Assembly: GCA_965287045.1 (NCBI GenBank)
Contig: OZ336872.1
Coordinates: 42,470,001-42,534,000, forward strand
DNA: 64,000 nt
Direction of reading: 5' to 3'
Origin: Carcharhinus amblyrhynchos
Taxonomy: Eukaryota
The stretch's first letter is position 1. The number at the start of each line of letters is the position of its first letter. Under the pieces are notes generated by a model, which saw nothing but the letters and a program-made list of their open reading frames with translations, searched no databases and had not been told where the DNA came from. Below, piece after piece: positions 26,081 through 39,699 of this stretch. A program made the position numbers and the translations under genes.

Positions 26081-28619
26081 TACTTTGACAATATGTCCTG
26101 TCCTGTTAACAGATAAAAACCTCCAAGAGAATGACTAAGGTCTGTGTCTTATTCTCTCACATCAAAGAATGTAATTCGAGTATTTAATGTTATATCAGAG
26201 GAGTGCTTGGATGTGGCAGGCCCAATAACATCAACGTAAGGAAGATAAATAATTTGGAGTACTTACGGCTGAGTCTTTCTAAGTGTTTCAAACTCATTTT
26301 GTTCAAAAAGAGTTTTCTATGGGATTGTCACCAGTGATTGCAGATGATTATACCATTAATTTCCCCCCTAAAACCAGTGACTTATCTTTAGGCAGTACAA
26401 CAATATGATAATTGTCCTTATGATTGGGAAGTTGGCACTGGTTCTACTATCTCATTAACTTCTCATTGTCACCCTTAAGGCATTAAGGTTTAATTCTATG
26501 ATACTAGAGGTGGAATGAAACTGTTTTTGGCGTCAAAGCTCAGAATCTGTACAATATAACTAAGATTTGGCAGCAATGATAATGTTAGAGAAGCAGACAA
26601 TGTTGTTGACTTCAATCACACTGAATGGAACAATGTACTGAAGCTAACATTTTAGCTTCAAACTAAATGGATCAATTAAGGCTTTGGTAGTTGATTATGG
26701 CTTGCATTCTAATATAAAATTAGGAATTCTTCAAGTTCATAATCAAATTAATAGGACAATTTAGAACATTTCCTGAAAACCAGGTTGCTAAATTTCATAA
26801 AGTATAAAAGCACCCTGAAAATTAATACTGAAATATGGTAAATTAAGCTAAATTAAGGATCCCTTACAGTATGAATCACATTCTTGTTAAAATATAGTGC
26901 TTAAATGCATTATCCATCAAATTAATCTTAAAGACATTCAGATCTAAACCAAATAGAAAATATTAGAATACTAGTAAACTACTCTGCATCCACTGAGTCA
27001 AAGGTTAGTTTATTCTGATGTGTACCAGCTAAGCATTTGATGAAGATGTTTTTTTGATATTAACCTTTACTTTCAAATGCATTGTATTAAACCAGCTACG
27101 TAAATTAGCACACATAATGGGAAAATAATCTTGCATAGTAACAGATCCAGAAAATAAAGCTTATTCCTGGCTTGAATGCAACCTTTAAATATGCTACTCT
27201 TCTGCTAGATATGCATTGGTAATTTTACATTGCTAAACCTAAACTGGATCAGGGATGAAATAAGACCTCAAAGAAAGATTACAAATACTTCAGATGAATA
27301 TCCAACTACAATCGAGAATTGTTCTGTTGTTTGTGAGTATTGTGCTGCACAATCTGAAGACTTTATTGAAATATTGCATAATTATCTCTATTATTTAGTT
27401 AGCTCTAATAATCCATTAAACTGTAAGGAAGCATATAATTTATTGATAGTTTAAAGGTATCAAAATATATTGATCTCTGTCTCATTCTGTTTACGTTAAT
27501 TTTCAGCTATCAAATGATCTTGGGTCATTTATTCGAGTTCCAGCATTTTCAAACTGTATGAGTTGATCAGACACATTGTTTTAAAATGGCAAGATTTCTA
27601 GAAGATTATTGGCAGCGTATCTAAATACACAGGGTGGAAAGAAATTGGCCTGTTAACAATTTAACAGTAAATATCCTTCCCTTCCATGACAAACCAAGGA
27701 AAACAATAAAACACCACATTGTTTCAGTTGTGGCACCCCTCCCATAATCAGAACACTTTAGAATACAGTACTCACGAGTGACAAGACGCCTGGAAGTGAG
27801 ATATGTTGATTATTCTATTACCGCACAGCTCCCAGTGGATCATTTCACTGTCTCACAGCCCCTAGTGGTACCACATACATTATAGGATTGATTCCAGTCT
27901 GAAACTGGAATTTTACTCTTCCCTGTGGAATACAGTACTTCTTAATCATAAAGAAAATGCTAATCATAGCTACAGTGTTTTTTAAAGTGTGCATAGCGCT
28001 TATACTGTTTCACGGTTGACAAAGAGTACAATTGTTATTTTGTTATCAAACCATTTATAAATGAATTGGTAGCTATGTCCCCAAAATAATTTTGTTGAAG
28101 AAAATCTAGTAGTTTTACATTGAACATGAAAGCAATATTGAGTATAACTGAGGAAAATAGTTTACCTCTTAGTTCCGAAACTGTGATCAAGATTATTTTG
28201 AATTGAACATTAAATTAATTTTCTAGCAGTTATTTCAATATATGATTAAAATAACCTGATTTGCAAAAGTTACATTCACAATATGGTTAATTGAAAATGT
28301 ATCAGCTTTTCATAGAAGCTAATTTGGATACAGAATTAAGCCTGTTTCCAATGTATTAAGACATTGACAATGCGAGTTCTATTTTATTATTTAATAATGT
28401 GTGATCAAACTAAAGAGAAAGTATTTTAACCAGTATCTTTAAACAAATTTAATGGAATCATAACTTATTCGTAATATTTGTAGTACTCTGGTGTTTGATT
28501 GTAATAACAATGCAATGGTAATAAAAGCTGCTACCTACTAATGATATTATAAAGGGGTATGAATTATCAAAGAGGCTATCATTTAATATATAGGTACTTA
28601 TTAAATGATAGCTGGTTCT

Positions 28620-29800
28620 CCACTGCATTGGGCATAGCTAATTTTGTCATGATCTTCTCAGTCCATCAGCTGCAAGAGAAGTACCATGAACAAAAGAGAC
28701 CACTCTTTATCACCTTCATCAACCTCGCCAAGGCATTCGACCACGTGAGCAGAAGCAGTCTATTTCAGCTACTCAATGTCATCTCCCCTTTCCATGACAA
28801 CATGATGGGTAAGGTCAGCTATGACAGGACAACATTGGAACTCTTTGAGATCTGTGGTGGGGTCAAATCGGTTTGTGTTCTGGCACTGATGCACTTGGTG
28901 TATTTTTCCCCTTGCTGCTGTCATATGCCTTCAAGGCATTTACAGTGGGTGCCTACTTACATACCAGAGCTGTCAAAAAGATGTTCAACCTTGCTCATCT
29001 GAGATCCAAGTCAAAGGTATGACAAGTCCTCATCAGACAGTTTCTCGATGCTAATGATGCCACATTAGCATTCCGTACAGAAGAACATTTGCAGCAGGAA
29101 ATTAAAAGACTCTTTCACACCTGTAAAGTGTTTAGTTTGACCATCAGCATCAAAAAGAAAAATTGTATGGTCCAGGATGTTGCCATACTGCTATCTATCA
29201 GCATTAATAATGTGATGCTGGAAGATGTTGATAGCTTCACGTATCTAAGCTCTACAATCACCAGCAATCTGTCACTTAATGCTGAAATTTACACATATAT
29301 CACAAAAGCTATAGCTATTATATCCAAGCTAAGAAAGATTTTGTAGAGCAACAGCAACCTGACTGAGCACATCAAACTGTGAGTCTACTAAATCTGCCTC
29401 GTCAGCACCCTCCTCTACAGTGTTGAGACATGGACAACACATGTTAGACAAAAGAAAATCCTGAATGATTTTCTCCTTCACAGCCTCAAACATATCTTTG
29501 ACATCTCTTGGCAGGATAAGATCACCAACTAAGAGGACCTGGAGCATGCTAATTCCATCAACATATATTCCTTGCTATGTAAAGCTTTGGCTCAACACAT
29601 TCATTGAATGGTTGATGATCATATACCAAAAGACTTGCTACACAGTGAACTGACCACTGGGTCATGACCTTCTGAGCATCCAGGCCTCTGCTACAAGGAG
29701 ATATAAAGATAATGGATATAGACACTGACAACTTGGAGTTAGTCACCGATAGTTATGACCCTATTGTTTAGAAGGTCTGTGTTTGTGGCAAACAGAAATG
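28620..29800 (+). mobile_element. RTE-clade LINE relic (degenerate reverse transcriptase)
   Basis: QLQEKYHEQKRPLFITFINLAKAFDHVSR, GVKSVCVLA, VDSFTYLSSTITSNLSLNAEI; frameshifts and stops. Confidence 0.88.
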
Positions 29801-31560
29801 AGAAGCACGGCTGGCCAAAAAGAGAGCTCAAAGAAAACAAAGACCAGTGAGTTATGCAACTTTTCAGCTCACTGCTTTTCTCTGGAAAAAATGTGGCCAC
29901 TCACTTCACTTATCTATATCTCTTTGCAACCTCTTTCTGTCCTCTTCACAGTTTGCATTCCCACTTGGCTTTGTGTCAATGTTTGCATCAATATCAAACT
30001 TAGATATATTACTCTCTGTCTCTTCATCTAAGTCATTCATCTAAGTTGTAAATAGCTGAGGCCCCAGTATTGACCCTTGTGGCGCTCCACTTATTGCTGC
30101 CTGCTAATTTGAAAATGCCCCTTTTGCCTCTTGTCTGTTAAGAAATCCCCTATCCATGCTAATACATTTCCCTCAATTCCATGAGCCCTTATCTTGTGTA
30201 TTAACCTTTTGTGCGGCATCTTATTGAATGCCTTTTGGAAGTCCAAGTATTCCAGGTTGTATTGCCCTTTGTCCACCAACTAGTTACATCCTCAAAAAAC
30301 TCTAATAAATTTGTCAAACAGGATTTCCCTTTCATAAAACTATGTTGACGTTTTCTAAACACACTATGCTTTTCAGAGTGCATTGTTAAGACTTCCTTAA
30401 TAATAAACTTCAAGCATTTTCCTGATGACTGATGTGTGGCTAACTGGACAGTCGTTCCCTAATTTCTCTCTCCCTCCTTTCTTGAATAGTGGTGTTATAT
30501 CTGCTAACATTCAGTCTGCTGGGACTGTTCCAGAATCTAGGGAATTTTTGGAAAATCATATCCATTGTCTCTACAGCTATCTCTTAAAGAGCCCCAGGAT
30601 ATGTGCAATCAGGTCACAGAGATTTGTTAGATTTATGACACTTGAGTTTCTCCAGTTTTCCTCTACTGATAGTAATTACCTTAATTACCTTACTCTTTTT
30701 AGCCCCTAGCGTATTCTCTATTTCTGGTAGGTAACTTGTATTAGTTTTTGCAAACACTGGTGCAAAACAGTTGTTCAATGTCTCTGCCATTTCCTCATTC
30801 CCCATAAGAGTTTCTCCTGTCTCTCTTTCCAACAGATCAATATATTCCTGGATGGTTTACTCTCATTTTCCATATTTCTCTTGTTATCAATGTTTTGGTG
30901 GCCTGTTGCTGGTTTCTAAAACACCCCCAATGCTCAGACTTCCATTCTTTGCAACATTTTGAGTCTCTATAGTGAAACTAATCTTATCCTTAGCCTCCTT
31001 AGTAAGGTAAGGGTGGATCTTGCCCATCAAGTTTTGTTTTTCAATGGAATGCAGCTTGTTGAATATTTGAATTGTTTCTTTCAATGTTTCCCACACCTTT
31101 AAGTCTTTTAGTCTAATCAACCTTAGCCAGCTCTCTCTCGTACCTATGTAATTGACTTTAAGTTTAAGATTCTTGTTTGTGTTTGGACTTTGTCATTTTC
31201 AAAACGAATGTTGAATTCAGTTGTATTATCTTCACTATTTCCTAGTGGATTTTTTTTTACTATGACATTACTAATTAACCCTGCCTCCCAATACTAGATC
31301 TAAAATAACATTATTTGCATTGGTTCCACAACATGTTGCTCCAGGGAACTGTCGCAAAAGCATTCTACAAACTCATCTTCCAGCCTACCGTTGGCAATTT
31401 GATTGGTCCAATCTATATGAAGATTAATGTCCTTCCTAACCTTTACATTGCCTTTGTTACAAGTTTCAATACTTTGTTCAATGCTCTGTGCAAAGATATA
31501 ATTACTGTTAAGAGGCCTACAAATTATTCGCAACAGTGTTTTCTGACTCTTGCTATTCCA

Positions 31561-32385
31561 AGGCCAAATTTTACACTCTTCCACTGTTCGGTATTTAGAC
31601 GGGCGCAGGAGTAGGAAATTGAAGGAATATGATTCCCTCCAAACTCCTGCTCACTATGACTGCACAGCAATTTTACACTGGGGTGAGCTAGGCCTTGGAC
31701 AGGAAACTAGTCCTCGCCACAATTGAGGCCCTTATGAGACAAATTATTGGTCACTTTAGAGCCATTTCCTGCCCAGCTTTAATTTTTAGGCTGGCAGAAG
31801 GATTGTACTTAGGTGGTGGAAGGCCAAAAATCAACAGAGTTAGGTCTCGGTGAGAAAGTGAGGGTGGGGGGGAGGAGGGGAGCGGTGGGGGTGGTGGTGC
31901 CTCCATCAGAATCTGTCTTCTGAAGTTGGATGCCTCAGCCCCAACCTTAAGGCCTGGTGACCTCATGATCTCCCTCTGACCTCTCTCCTCAGACTCCATT
32001 TGCCCCCTTCATACTATCCCACATGTTCCCTCCCCCCCCCCACCCCCCCCCCGCCTCCCACACCACCACCACGCTTCACTACCCTCACCACCCTAGAACC
32101 TCTTGAACTTATCTGGGCCTCTGGTGTTCGGATGTAGTCTAAGACATCCTCCTGCATTTCTTCTTCTTTCCATTGTACTGCTATCACTGTAGGAACTGGA
32201 GAGATGCTGACCAATCTGACTGGTTGGCAGCTTCCAAGGCATGACTTTCTCCCAAATTAGGGCAGAAATCCTGCATACAGTCATTTAAGGCTTATTCAAG
32301 AATGAAATGCGTAGAGGGCTCTCAGAGTAACTGCGGATGTGTTCCCTTTTGACAATTCGAATGGCAGGAGGTGAGACTTCCCCAC
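31561..32385. mobile_element. Harbinger-type MITE inserted in CR1
   Basis: Starts aggccaaattttac, GC-rich with G/C tracts; CR1-like sequence resumes afterwards. Confidence 0.55.
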
Positions 32386-32607
32386 TCTCACCTGGCCCTG
32401 ATGTCTACTATACTGATTTTATTTCTTGATTATCTGAGCCAAGTTCCTTTCTCACTGATGTCCTTATGGCATCCTTTCTTATCAGACCACCCCAATATTA
32501 CAGCTCTCTTTTCCCAGAGTCCTGTTGCCTGCACTAACCTCTTCCTTTTCAAAACAGAATATTTATTTCCCAATCTTGCTCACTTTGGGACATTTGGGGG
32601 TGGGGGG

Positions 32608-32799
32608 TGGATTGGGTTTTCTGGCCTCCTCCATGGCGTGTTTATTGTGCTGTTTGATGGCACAAGATCCCTTGTTCCTATCGCTGTCAAATAGATTTCC
32701 CATTAACTGCACCTCAAGTTGCTGGGAATCCCAGAGTGGGGCGGGCAGGGGAGGGTGGGGGGGTGCATCGTCTGCGGGACAGCCAGAAAATTCCAGCCC
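32608..32799. mobile_element. Short MITE
   Basis: ggattgggttttctggc and gccagaaaattccagccc form imperfect TIRs. Confidence 0.6.
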
Positions 32800-33689
32800 A
32801 TGTCTCTGTACTGGTGATTAGATCTGAGACATTTATCCTCATTAGTGCCATGAGTACATCTAACTAATTGCAGATGTTTCAAACATTCAGATAAAATGAC
32901 TTCAATTTTTTTTGTACTTTTCCCTGTATTAACGTTACTCTCTAACGCAATATTACTGTTAAACTCTCTGCCCAGACCTATTTCACATGGCTTGCCTTTA
33001 TCCCCATCTTTTTGTACTTTTATCTTCAGAGTTTTAAATCTCTCTTCATCTGAAACCTCCTCCCTGTCTACTGATTTAAAGCCATTTTTCCAGACTTTGA
33101 CCACATTTGCCGTTACATTGTTATGTTGTATGCTTTGTCACACTCTGGTTTACACATATTGCTACTCTGCATTGATGCCTTGTCCTTTCTCTTTAACTTT
33201 CCAAATACCCCTCATATGAACCAGCCCACCAATCTCCTTCCCCTATTACTTATCGATTAAAGCCTTCTCTTCAGCCCAATTCACCAGTGGCACATGACCC
33301 AGTGTGGTTCAGTGGAAGAGCACCCCAACATTACAGCTCCCATTTTCCCCAGTACCGATGCCAATGTCCCATGAATCAAAACACACTTGTCCCACACCAA
33401 TCTTCCAGACACACATTTAAGCCACATACATTAGAAGATAGATTTAATAGGCCTATCCTGTGCTCAATGAAGGGTTAGTTGACTGTGACAGAAATTTCTC
33501 TAGAAATTTCTTAACTCCTTGGCTCTTCCTCTTGGGTAGCGACCAAGTCGCCTGAAGGTTAATGTATAATTGGAAATAACTACCTTTCTTCTTTTTGTGT
33601 ATTTCCTTTTAAAAAATATGATCAGTCCTGATTTGTTGGTCTGCATACTAATCTTGTTGTATGATCTTTGGAAGTTGAATGGTTTGTCA

Positions 33690-33994
33690 CTGACAAAGTG
33701 GTTCACACTGCTGTCTCATAGCACCAGGGACCCGGGTTCAATTCCGGCTCGGATGAACTGTCTGGATGGAGTGTGCACATTATTCCCGTGTCTGCGTATG
33801 TTTTTTCCGGATGCTCTGGTTTCCTCCCACAGTCTGAAAGATGTGCTGGTTAGGTGCATTGGTCATGCTAAATTCTCCCTCAGTGTACCTGGACAGGCTC
33901 CAGAGTGTGGCAACTGGGGGATTTTCACAGTAACTTCATTACAATGTTATGTACGCCTACTTGTGACACCAATAAAAATAAACTTTAAAACTTT
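33690..33994 (+). mobile_element. V-SINE, tail type B
   Basis: gggacccgggttcaattcc, V-domain, cctacttgtgacaccaataaaaataaactt. Confidence 0.92.
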
Positions 33995-34111
33995 ACCTCA
34001 AACACGACATATATAGATATGAGGGGAATTCATGAAAGCTATTTTACAGGGAACATAGGTTTGTCACTGCAAAACTAAGAATTCTTGTTCTTGGCGAAAA
34101 TTTTGAGCTGA

Positions 34112-34270
34112 GGTCTTGTGATCGTATGTAGCATCCCTGATACTGAGCCAAGAGCTCCAGATTTGAGTTGAAGACCTGTTGGGCAAAGGAAGGTGTGTTC
34201 ATAATATGGCCTAATAGGTTGATTATCAGCCTACCATTGGTGAATTTTGGAAGGATTTACAGGCTGATAA
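34112..34270 (+). mobile_element. Older tRNA-SINE (third family)
   Basis: gtcttgtg...gtagcatccctg...agctccag...ggaaggtgtgttcataat matches 47661-47813. Confidence 0.55.
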
Positions 34271-34282
34271 TCAGTAAAAAGA

Positions 34283-34579
34283 GCGGCATAGTGGCACAGT
34301 GGTTAGCACTGCTGCCTCACAGTGCCAGAGATCAATTCTGGCCTTAGGTGGAGTTTGCATGTTCTCCCCATGTCTGTGTGGGTTTCCTGCGGGTACTCCT
34401 CCCACAGTCCACAGATGTACAGGTTAGCTTGATTGGCCATGCTAAATTGCCCCTTAATGTTGCAATGTGTATAGGTTAGGGGATTGAAGGGAAAAATATG
34501 CGAAATTATGGGGATAGAGCCTTGGTTAATTACTCAATGGGCTGAATGGCCTCCTTCTGCACTTGTAGGGATTCTATGA
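34283..34579 (+). mobile_element. HE1-like V-SINE, tail type A
   Basis: Head gcggcatagtggcacagtggttagc; tail gggctgaatggcctccttctgcac...gattctatg. Confidence 0.92.
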
Positions 34580-35546
34580 GCAAGAAGAAATAGTTTTCAG
34601 TATAATGTATTAATAGAAGATTTCGGGCACATTTGGTGGTTCTGACGCAAATCATGTGCAATATTGCATCTGTTTTGAAAAGTGTTTTTTAAAAATATAC
34701 TTCTAAAGATTTGTACAAAGACTGAGGTTCCTTAGTGAATTAAAAAAATGAAACTTTTCAAAATATACCTCACATTGTCCTTATGACCAAATGATCCAGT
34801 TTAGTTTTTGAAGCCTCCTTGAAGACCTGTAAATGAGTGCAATTAGCAGAAGCTCCCAATGTTCATCAATTCAGCTCTGGGGGGAGTATCCAGTTCTGTG
34901 ACCAGAGTCTGCTTCTGAATGCTTCTCAATGTTTTCCTACCTAGCACAAGATATTGTGGGAATTTGGGTTGTGCTTAAATTTCTGTTATTTTCTACCTCA
35001 GTTTGGGTAAATTGTGCTGAAGAAGCAATGCAACCAAGCAGGAACCTCAGGCCAATGTGAATGTAGACACTAATATCCAATTTTTCAAAAATATCTGCCA
35101 CCTTCAGGAATTATTTCCCACCGCTCGCTTATTGTTTCATTGCCTAGCTGGTCCAAAACCATATTCCTCTCTCCTATTTCCTTGCTTCCTTCCTTTAATT
35201 ACATAATTTAATCCAATTTACATTTACTTTAACAGACATTACCTTTATTTCTAAACTCAAAATTTATGTTTAATATTTTCTATATACTTGCATCTAATTT
35301 TCAAATGAGTTGACTTAATTTAAAACACCATGTAATTTCCATACACCATTTCAATCTATATTATGTTTTTCTTTTAAAGTAACATTTATGTCAATTCAAA
35401 CTACTTCCAAAGTATATAAAGCAAATATATTTTAACAAAATAATATATTTTACATAATGCAATGTTTCTGTCAGAATAAACGGGACATCCTGAATTACAT
35501 TCAGTAATGTCATGAGAGATTCCACTAGGTTCCTCTAGATCCACTA

Positions 35547-35860
35547 GGGTGGCACGGTGGCAAGGTGGTTAGCACTGCTGCCTCATAGTGCCAGGAACCC
35601 GGGTTCAATCTCCAGCTTGGGTCACTGTCTGTGCGGAGTCTGCATGTTCTCCTTGTGTCTGCGTGGGTTTTCTCCGGGTGCTCCGGTTTCCTCCCACAAT
35701 CTGAAAGATATATTGGTTAGGTGCATTGGTCATGCTAAATTCTCCCTCAGCGTACCCAAACAGACGCCAGAGTGTGGCAACTAAGGAACTTTCACAGTAA
35801 CTTCACTGCGGTATTAAAGTAAGCCTACTTGTGACACCAATAAATAAATTTGAACTTTAA
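35547..35860 (+). mobile_element. V-SINE, tail type B
   Basis: Full head, V-domain and gtgacaccaataaataaa tail. Confidence 0.93.
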
Positions 35861-36119
35861 CTAGTTTCACAAATATGCCAAATATGTGTAAACCACTGCA
35901 CCTAACATACACTTTTTCCTACTCCTTTTCTTCTTCTTTGATATGGGTTGCATGGTTTGTTATCAGTGAAGGCAAAGGAGAGCAGTAATTGTATCTTAAC
36001 CAAAGAACATAGAGGGAACATCAACAGCATTGGGATTGTTCTCAAAAAAATGTCAGCTTCAATAACAGGCAACCCACTCCCCCAGGAAATCCACATGATA
36101 AAAAGTTTCCAAATTAAAC

Positions 36120-36820
36120 ATTCCCTTATTCTTGCCATTCAATGGCACTACCATCATTGAATCCCCCCCATCAACTTCCTGGGGTTACCATTGACCAGCA
36201 ACTGAATTGGACTAACCATATAAATACTGTGGCTACAAGAGCAGCTTAGAGGCTAGGACTCTTGCAGCAAGTAATTCAGCCCCGACCCCTCAAAGCCTGT
36301 CCATCAATGCCAAGTCAGGAGTGTGATAGATTACTCTCCACTTGCCTGGGTGAATGCAGCTCCAACCCCACTCAAGAAGCTTGACACCATCCAGGAAAAA
36401 TCAGCCCACTTAATTGTTACCCCTTTCACAAACCCCTTTCACTTCCTCCACGACCGATGCACATGGCAGCAAGGTATACCATCAATTGCAAGAACTCACC
36501 AAGGTCACTTAGACAACAACTTCCAAATCCGTGACCACTGCCATATAGAAGGACAAGGGCAGCAGATGCATGAGAACAGCACTACCCTCACATTCCCCTC
36601 TAAGTCACTAATGAGTCAGACTTGGAAATATATTGCCATTTCTTCATAGTCACTGGGTCAAAATCCTGGAATTTCCTCCCTAACAAGCATTGTGGGTGTG
36701 GGCACACCATTGTACTGCAGCTGTTCAAGAAGCCAACTCACCACCACCTTCTCAAAGGAAACTATTAATGGGAATGAATGCTGGCCTAGACAGACAAGCC
36801 CACAATCCCTTCAATGAAAA
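36120..36820 (+). mobile_element. CR1/L2-group LINE 3' relic
   Basis: LGVTIDQQLNWTNHI, DYSPLAWVNAAPTPLKKLDTIQEKSAHLI, GSKSWNFLP. Confidence 0.8.
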
Positions 36821-37289
36821 AAAACCCTTTAACAAAACAATGTTATCTCTGAAATAGATTTACCTTCATCCTAAGTACAACTCTAACTCTAAGAATAAAT
36901 CCAAGTTGAACCCTAACCTGCAGCTCTATTCCATAGTTTCAGCCCCTGCCCTAAATTCCAACTCAGACCCCAAGCTTTCAGCCCAACCCTAATCCCTACA
37001 GCAACAAAAAACACATTCCCTTAAACTTAATATGTATTTACCTACAATTGGAACAAGGAGTGCCTCTGATGCCAGTTCGGAGAGCAAAGATACTGTCCAT
37101 CATTCTGCATAAAAAGATACATTCCTCAATAAATAGTTCACCAAAGCAAGAGAAGGTATGTCATAAGATAGAAGCCTAATAATTGCCCTTAACCAAGGAG
37201 CCAGGAAGAATTGGCAAGGTGGGAGTGAATTCTGCCAAGGCTAACATGAAAAATAACAAATAAAAGAGATGGTAGAAAGGCACAGAACA

Positions 37290-37412
37290 TCCTTGGTAAA
37301 TAAGTGAGGTTAGGAGGATAGGACCTGGCTGAAATTATTGACAGTGCAGGCTCGATGGGCTGAATGGCCTCCTTCTGCACTGTATGGATCCAATGAATAT
37401 CTCTATTCTATG
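37290..37412 (+). mobile_element. 5'-truncated HE1-like SINE (tail only)
   Basis: gtgcaggctcgatgggctgaatggcctccttctgcactgt. Confidence 0.8.
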
Positions 37413-38277
37413 AAATTTTAACATTTGTATAGAAAAGATCTGGAGTGAAAATTGGCGTGCTAGAAATATGAGTTTTGTTTGGAGAGAAACATACCATTTT
37501 TCTCGCCAGAACCAACAATTTTGCTATTTTTGGTAAGACCACGCCCCCCCCCCCCACAAAGTGCAATATGAAAGATCTTTTACAAGTCTCTTATTCTTGG
37601 CACAATGATTTAATGCCAGCTAAATAAAAATTCCTCCTTGAACTAAGTCAGTAGATTTGCAATTTTATCCCCAATTCCAGAAAGTGGATTGCCGATAATT
37701 TTGTGTAGCGCAATTGAGTTCTTTGCAATGTTGTAACAGCTCAATTTGCTCACCCTGAATTTACCCAATGCAATGCCAAATGGACATGTTTTATACTTCA
37801 GGCCTGGCCTTTCCTTTCACTTCCACTATCACAAGCATAGCTGTGGTCAATCTTCTCACATCTTTTCTATTGTGTAGTTTTCAATATCTTCTTTCCACTG
37901 TACATGAATTTCACATCCTTTGTACTTAATTTTCCATCAACTAGTTCTTTAGGGAAAGGAAAAAGTAACCCTTTGACCCCCTAATCTACTCTCCTGCATG
38001 CTTTTGTGTCACATTGTAACAAGCAATTAAATAGGTTAATACTGGCAAAAGTCACATGTGTGCTAACTTTCCTTTGTGAAGACATTTTCTAGTTGTGAAA
38101 ACACCATAGGTTCCCAATGATGAAAGAAAGGAACTGCAGTCACTGTCCCTACCAATCATGCTGTTGCAGATATTAAGGTCTGTATAATGCAAAAGCACTA
38201 ATCATTTGCCATTACTATAGGAGTCAGTTGTGAAATTTCTGCTTATAATAATCGTGGTTAACACTGCTGATACTTAA

Positions 38278-38554
38278 TAGTGGTTAGCACTGCTGTCTCA
38301 CAGCGTCACAGACCTGGGTTCAGTTCCGGAGTTGGGTGACTGCGTGGAGTTTGCACATTCTCCCTGAGTCTGCGTGGGTTTCCTCTAGGTGCTCCGGTTT
38401 CCTCCCACACTCCAAAGATGTATGGGTGAGGTGGTTTGGCCATGCTAAATTACCCCTTAGTGTCAGGGGGGCTAGCATGGTAATGGGGTTACAGAGATAG
38501 GACTTGAATGGGTGCAGGCTCGATGGGCTTCCTTCTGCACTGTAAGGATTCTAT
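38278..38554 (+). mobile_element. HE1-like V-SINE, tail type A
   Basis: Head, V-domain and cttctgcactgtaaggattcta tail. Confidence 0.92.
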
Positions 38555-39177
38555 TAATAAATTCAGAATTGTGGCAGTTCAAGAGATTTTTCAATAAATT
38601 TGTGTCTTGCTAATCCTTCGCATTTGTGAAATTGGCCCTTAGTCATGATAATCATGGAATGTATCAAAATAGAACTGTGAATGGTGATAGAGGAAGAAAG
38701 AAATGCACAGTCAAAACTAGCAGTGAATTCATGGACTGCCTTTATTTCATTCTTTAGCACCTGAATATTGTTTGACTTCTGCCTGTTGAGAATACATTAA
38801 CTTCAGCCTCTGTTACAGCAACAAACAGAGGAAGCTTGACACTAAGATCAAATTTGGGAGACTTAAACTATTAGGGTTTAACGACTGCTATAGCAGGCAA
38901 ATTGCAATGAAAATATTGTGCCTACTCTAATTGGTGGGGGCTGATTGTCATGCATTTTGCATCCTTGAGATATTCTCTAATACTTCACAGCTAATTCATT
39001 GCTCTTCAAGCATTGGTCAATTCAGTTTTAATGCAGGGAAACATGACAGCCAGTATACATGACATGCAAAGAAGAATGAGATGACTAGTAACAGCCTTTA
39101 GCTGAGAGATAAATGTTGACCAAGTCAAAATCTCTATTTGTCTTTAAACAGTGACTAGGAGTTTTTACATTCGTACA

Positions 39178-39658
39178 GACTCATAGAGCCGTAAAGGTTT
39201 ATAAGTTAGTCCCAATTGCCCGCATTTGGCCCACATCCCTCTATACCCAACTTACCTGTGCAACTGTCTAAATGCTTTTTAAAAGGCAAAATTGTGCCCA
39301 CCTCTACTACTACCTCTGGCAGCTTGTTCCAGACACTCACCACCCTCTGTGTGAAAAAATTGCCCCTCTAGACACTTTTGTATCTCCCCCCTCACTATGG
39401 CCTCTAGTTTTATACTCCCCTACCTTTTGGAAAAGATATTGACTATCTAGCTAATCTATGTCCCTCATTATTTTATAGACCTTTATAAGATCACCCCTAA
39501 GCCTTCTATGCTCCAGATAAAAAAGTCCCAGTCTATCCAGCCTCTCCCTATTATTCAAACCATCAAGTCCCAGTAGCAACCTGATAAATCTTTTCTGCAC
39601 TCTTTCTACTTTAATAATATCCTTTCTATAATAGGGTGACCAGAATTGTACACAGTAA
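39178..39658 (-). mobile_element. CR1/HER1 LINE 3' end
   Basis: cagacactcaccaccctctgtgtgaaaaa and ttttatagacctttataagatcaccc, the reverse complement of a CR1 ORF2 C-terminus and tail. Confidence 0.88.
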
Positions 39659-39699
39659 CAGCGTCAGACAAATGTCTGATTGGTTTAATACCTTATGTA

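Larger units (their letters stand above)
30040..33420 (-). mobile_element. CR1 LINE relic (ORF1 end, endonuclease, RT N-terminus), split by MITEs
   Basis: RQHSFMKGKSCLTNLLEFFEDVT, YLDFQKAFNKMPHKRL, EEMAETLNNCFAPVF; ORF1 esterase-like FMGHWHRYWGKWEL near 33335-33376. Confidence 0.85.

Noticed and set aside
38253-38297. Short duplicate of the SINE head (gtggttaacactgctg) before the 38278 SINE
   Set aside because: Probably an integration or slippage by-product with no further structure
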